Made by a program: the position numbers and the translations under genes
The notes under the pieces: generated by a model
Database searches by the model: none
What the model was told of the DNA's origin: nothing
What the model saw: only the letters and a program-made list of their open reading frames with translations
In this document: positions 61,271 through 64,000 of the stretch, one piece after another
Position numbering within the stretch: position 1 is the stretch's first letter
Layout of the letters: every line of letters starts with the position of its first letter
DNA from: Podarcis liolepis
Taxonomy: Eukaryota
Assembly (NCBI GenBank): GCA_965112155.1
Contig: OZ218103.1
DNA length: 64,000 nucleotides
Reading direction: 5' to 3' (one strand)

Positions 61271-63309
61271 GTGTTGATCTAGCCTGACTGTTGCGAGGGC
61301 ATGGGTAATTGTGCCAAAGCCATCTCTCTCCAAGAAGGATGCTACCTCCTGCCTCCTGTCAGTTGACTTGCTCCTTTTCCTGGATCAGCACATCGTCTCG
61401 TTCCTCCTCCTCTTAAACTGCACCCCCCCCAGCAACCTGTGGCATTTCATGCTGCTGCTTAGCTTTGACCATTTCATGTCAAGTGTTATTAGAATTGGTG
61501 CATGTGCAGAGTGGCAAATGACACTCGAGGGGTTTTACTTAAAAAATAAAAAAGGGTAAACTTTTTCGGGGAAGAAAAGTTAAGGGAATGTAAAAATGCA
61601 CAAAAGAGCAACAGAAACGGCGTAATACCTCTTAAGGCAGGTTCTTTGGGGACAAACAGTGGGGATGATCCGTTGCACACAATGGTGGTCTGTGGTGGTG
61701 GGTAGGGGGCAGGAACAATGACTGATCTAGGGGAAGGAAGTGCCACATAAATGGCCGGGTTTTTTAACTACTGTAGATGCCAGTGTTGGGTATCCAAACA
61801 TGGATTCATCCCAGCGAGACCCAGACTGAAATTCTTTGAGGTCCTGAAATACCAACCACACAGTTCCATGCTGCAGTTGCAGGTCTGTCTTTCCCCAGAG
61901 AGCATGAGTGTTCAATCCCCCCCCCCCGCCAACAAATGAAAAGGCAAAGTTGAACCTCCCAAGGCCTGGAAGGGGCTGGGGCTGGGAGGGGGCCTCCCCC
62001 ACCACTTCCTGCTATCTCTGGAGAAGCAGCAGTTGCTGTTCCTCTTGGGCTGAGTCAAGACCTCCCCTCTGCTCCTGATGATTGCGGTGGGAAACTTACT
62101 CTTAATACAAGCTGCAGGCAACGTGCATATTCAGCGCTCAGGTGATTCTAAATTCAGCATAAATGATGTAAATGGAGCACATTTACTCGGAAAGTTTCCT
62201 GATGGATGGAAGCAAAGTAAATTACGCAATGGACTGCGATTTTGGGGGGCACAGATGAGGATGAAGAGGGAATGAATGACACAGAGATTCATGCTGTTGC
62301 CAAATGAAAAATAATTTAAGTCCTTTGACTTAACATAGGCTGGGTACAGGTAATAGTTCTTATGAGAGTTGAAAGTGATAGGAAAGAGCCGTAATGGTTC
62401 GTGATGTTCCCGATCATTTATTTTACCCCACTTTCCCCATCTCCAAGTGAAGCTGTTTTTGAAAGTCTACAAGACCTGCCTCGCCGTGTGTGTGTGGCAA
62501 CGATTGGGGGGGGGAATTGTCTTCGGCCTAATTAAGTTGCAGCAATAGTGTGCAGGGTCCCATACAGAATATAGACCCCACCTGCCCCCCAAAAGGGTTT
62601 GTTGGTCACGTTCCACAGGAGTCTCTGCTCTGTTTCTGCATGGGAGGTACTTGAGCTTCGGTTCGATCCTCAAGCTTCTTCTCCAGGGCAGGTGTCAGCC
62701 TTGGAACGCGGAAAGTAACAAGATGGGTGAGAGTGTGCTTGGGCATGTGCAGAGCTTACTTCTTCACCACATAGTGAAACAACTGAGATGCACTGGCATC
62801 TCTGAAATCAGGTGGATGAGATTCCAGGTCAAATGGACGGGCTTTCCAAGTTAGGTTGGGTTTCAGTACCTCCCATCTTAAAGACTTATTATACTCATGC
62901 TCCAGTACGGGGTGGACTGTGTATATGTTTGGGGCAGCCATGCTATGCAGGAGCCCTGCTGGGACTGGTGTTCTTGCATCAGGGTGCTGGGTGCCTTAGG
63001 CAAATGAGAAATGGGAGCTGCCACTGGTCCTCGTGCCTGCCACTCAGCTTTGGCGGCTCCAGCGCTGGCAGCAAGAGAGGAAGGGAAGGGCTGGGAGTCT
63101 GCCGGTACAAGGAGACACCTTTTTTCATACGCAGAGGGCAGCTCCCAGGACAGTGCTTCTTTGTCCTTTCTCCCCACCCAGACTCAGCTGCGGTCATATT
63201 GGGGGAATAGCTAGAAGCTCCCTGTTTTGATTTTGGTACTGCAAAGCATCCCAAGGGCACCAGGTTGCAGGAGACGGGCTTAGACATTCACAGGAAGAAA
63301 GAGCTGAGA

Positions 63310-63410
63310 TCTTCTTCTTCCTTCTCCTCTCCTCCTCCTCCTCCTCCTCCTCCTCCTCCTCCTCCTCCTCCTCCTTCTTCTTCTTCTTCTTCTTCTTCTT
63401 CTTCTTCCCT
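63310..63410. repeat. Compound (CTC)n(CTT)n microsatellite, homopurine/homopyrimidine tract
   Basis: Directly visible; it produces the poly-K/E/R/G ORFs. Confidence 0.95.
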
Positions 63411-63795
63411 CCATCCATAGATCGCAGGATGGTTCACAACATAAAGATAAAAGATAAAAAATGCAAAATAACAAAAACAAGAAGAACAAACAAACAAACC
63501 AATAACCCACTCCCACAATGATATTAATAAGCCAAATGACTGGTTAAAGAGGAATGTTTTCACCTGGTGCCCAAAGATGTATAATGAAGGTGCCCTCCGA
63601 ACCTCCCTGGGGAGAGCATTCCACAAATGGGGAACCACCACAAAAAGGCCCATTCATGTTGCCACCCTCTGGACCTCCTGTGGAGGAGGCACACAAGAAG
63701 GGCCTCAGATGGTGATCTCAGGGTATAGGTAGGTTCATATGGGGAGAGCTGCTCCTTGAGGTATTGCGGTCCTGAGCTGTTTAACGCTTTAGTCA
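63411..63795 (-). mobile_element. L2 LINE 3' fragment
   Basis: Minus translations KALNSSGPQYLKEQLSPYEPTYTLRS and VVVPHLWNALPREVRRAPSLYIFGHQVKTFLF. Confidence 0.8.
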
Positions 63796-64000
63796 GAGCA
63801 GGCATTTGTAGGGAGGGGGTGTCCCCTCTGTGCTTCTGATTTAAAGCTAGTGACCCCCCACTTGGCTATGACTATGCTCAGGGTCCAAATCCAGAGATGT
63901 AGTGTGGTGGGGGCAGGGGGGCAGTGGCCCTGGGCACACAGTTTTGAGGGGGCGTGAGCCAGGTGCACCCACGCAGGGATCCCCACCCTGCCTGCTGCCG

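Noticed and set aside
63194-63653. Poly-Lys/Glu/Arg/Gly ORFs (and the poly-Tyr ORF at 26476-26697)
   Set aside because: Translations of (CTC)n/(CTT)n and (TTA)n microsatellites.
51192-64000. Next NOL4L exon (expected DDSSSESGSGNG-like peptide)
   Set aside because: Not found by eye in the remaining sequence; presumed to lie beyond the window.

Overview
This is vertebrate genomic DNA, most likely from a lacertid lizard (Podarcis/Lacerta type), judged from its repeats: Sauria/Squam1, Squam2-like and Squam3-like SINEs, Bov-B, L2, CR1 and Penelope. The window lies inside the NOL4L (nucleolar protein 4-like) gene on the + strand. Three internal coding exons (11593-11704, 16435-16544, 51050-51191) have canonical AG/GT boundaries and splice in frame. 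The 34.5-kb intron between the second and third exon contains a ~2.8-kb CpG island (28460-31300). This is probably an internal promoter for the short isoform that starts at MSDSTW (ATG 51083). The rest is intronic sequence dense in transposable elements. The most notable items are: (1) a TSD-bounded Penelope fragment carrying an intact minimal hammerhead-ribozyme motif in sense orientation in the intron; (2) a ~440-bp Bov-B 5'-end/3'-end fusion that retrotransposed as a unit; (3) a non-autonomous hAT element with TTAGGG motifs carrying ~290 bp of CpG-island-like internal sequence absent from its sibling copy; (4) several MITE-borne long hairpins; (5) an integrase-type H2C2 zinc-finger signature that only the long NOL4L isoform would have. 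Nearly all ORFs in the six-frame track are spurious or TE-derived. TE family names come from recalled consensus features, not database searches.
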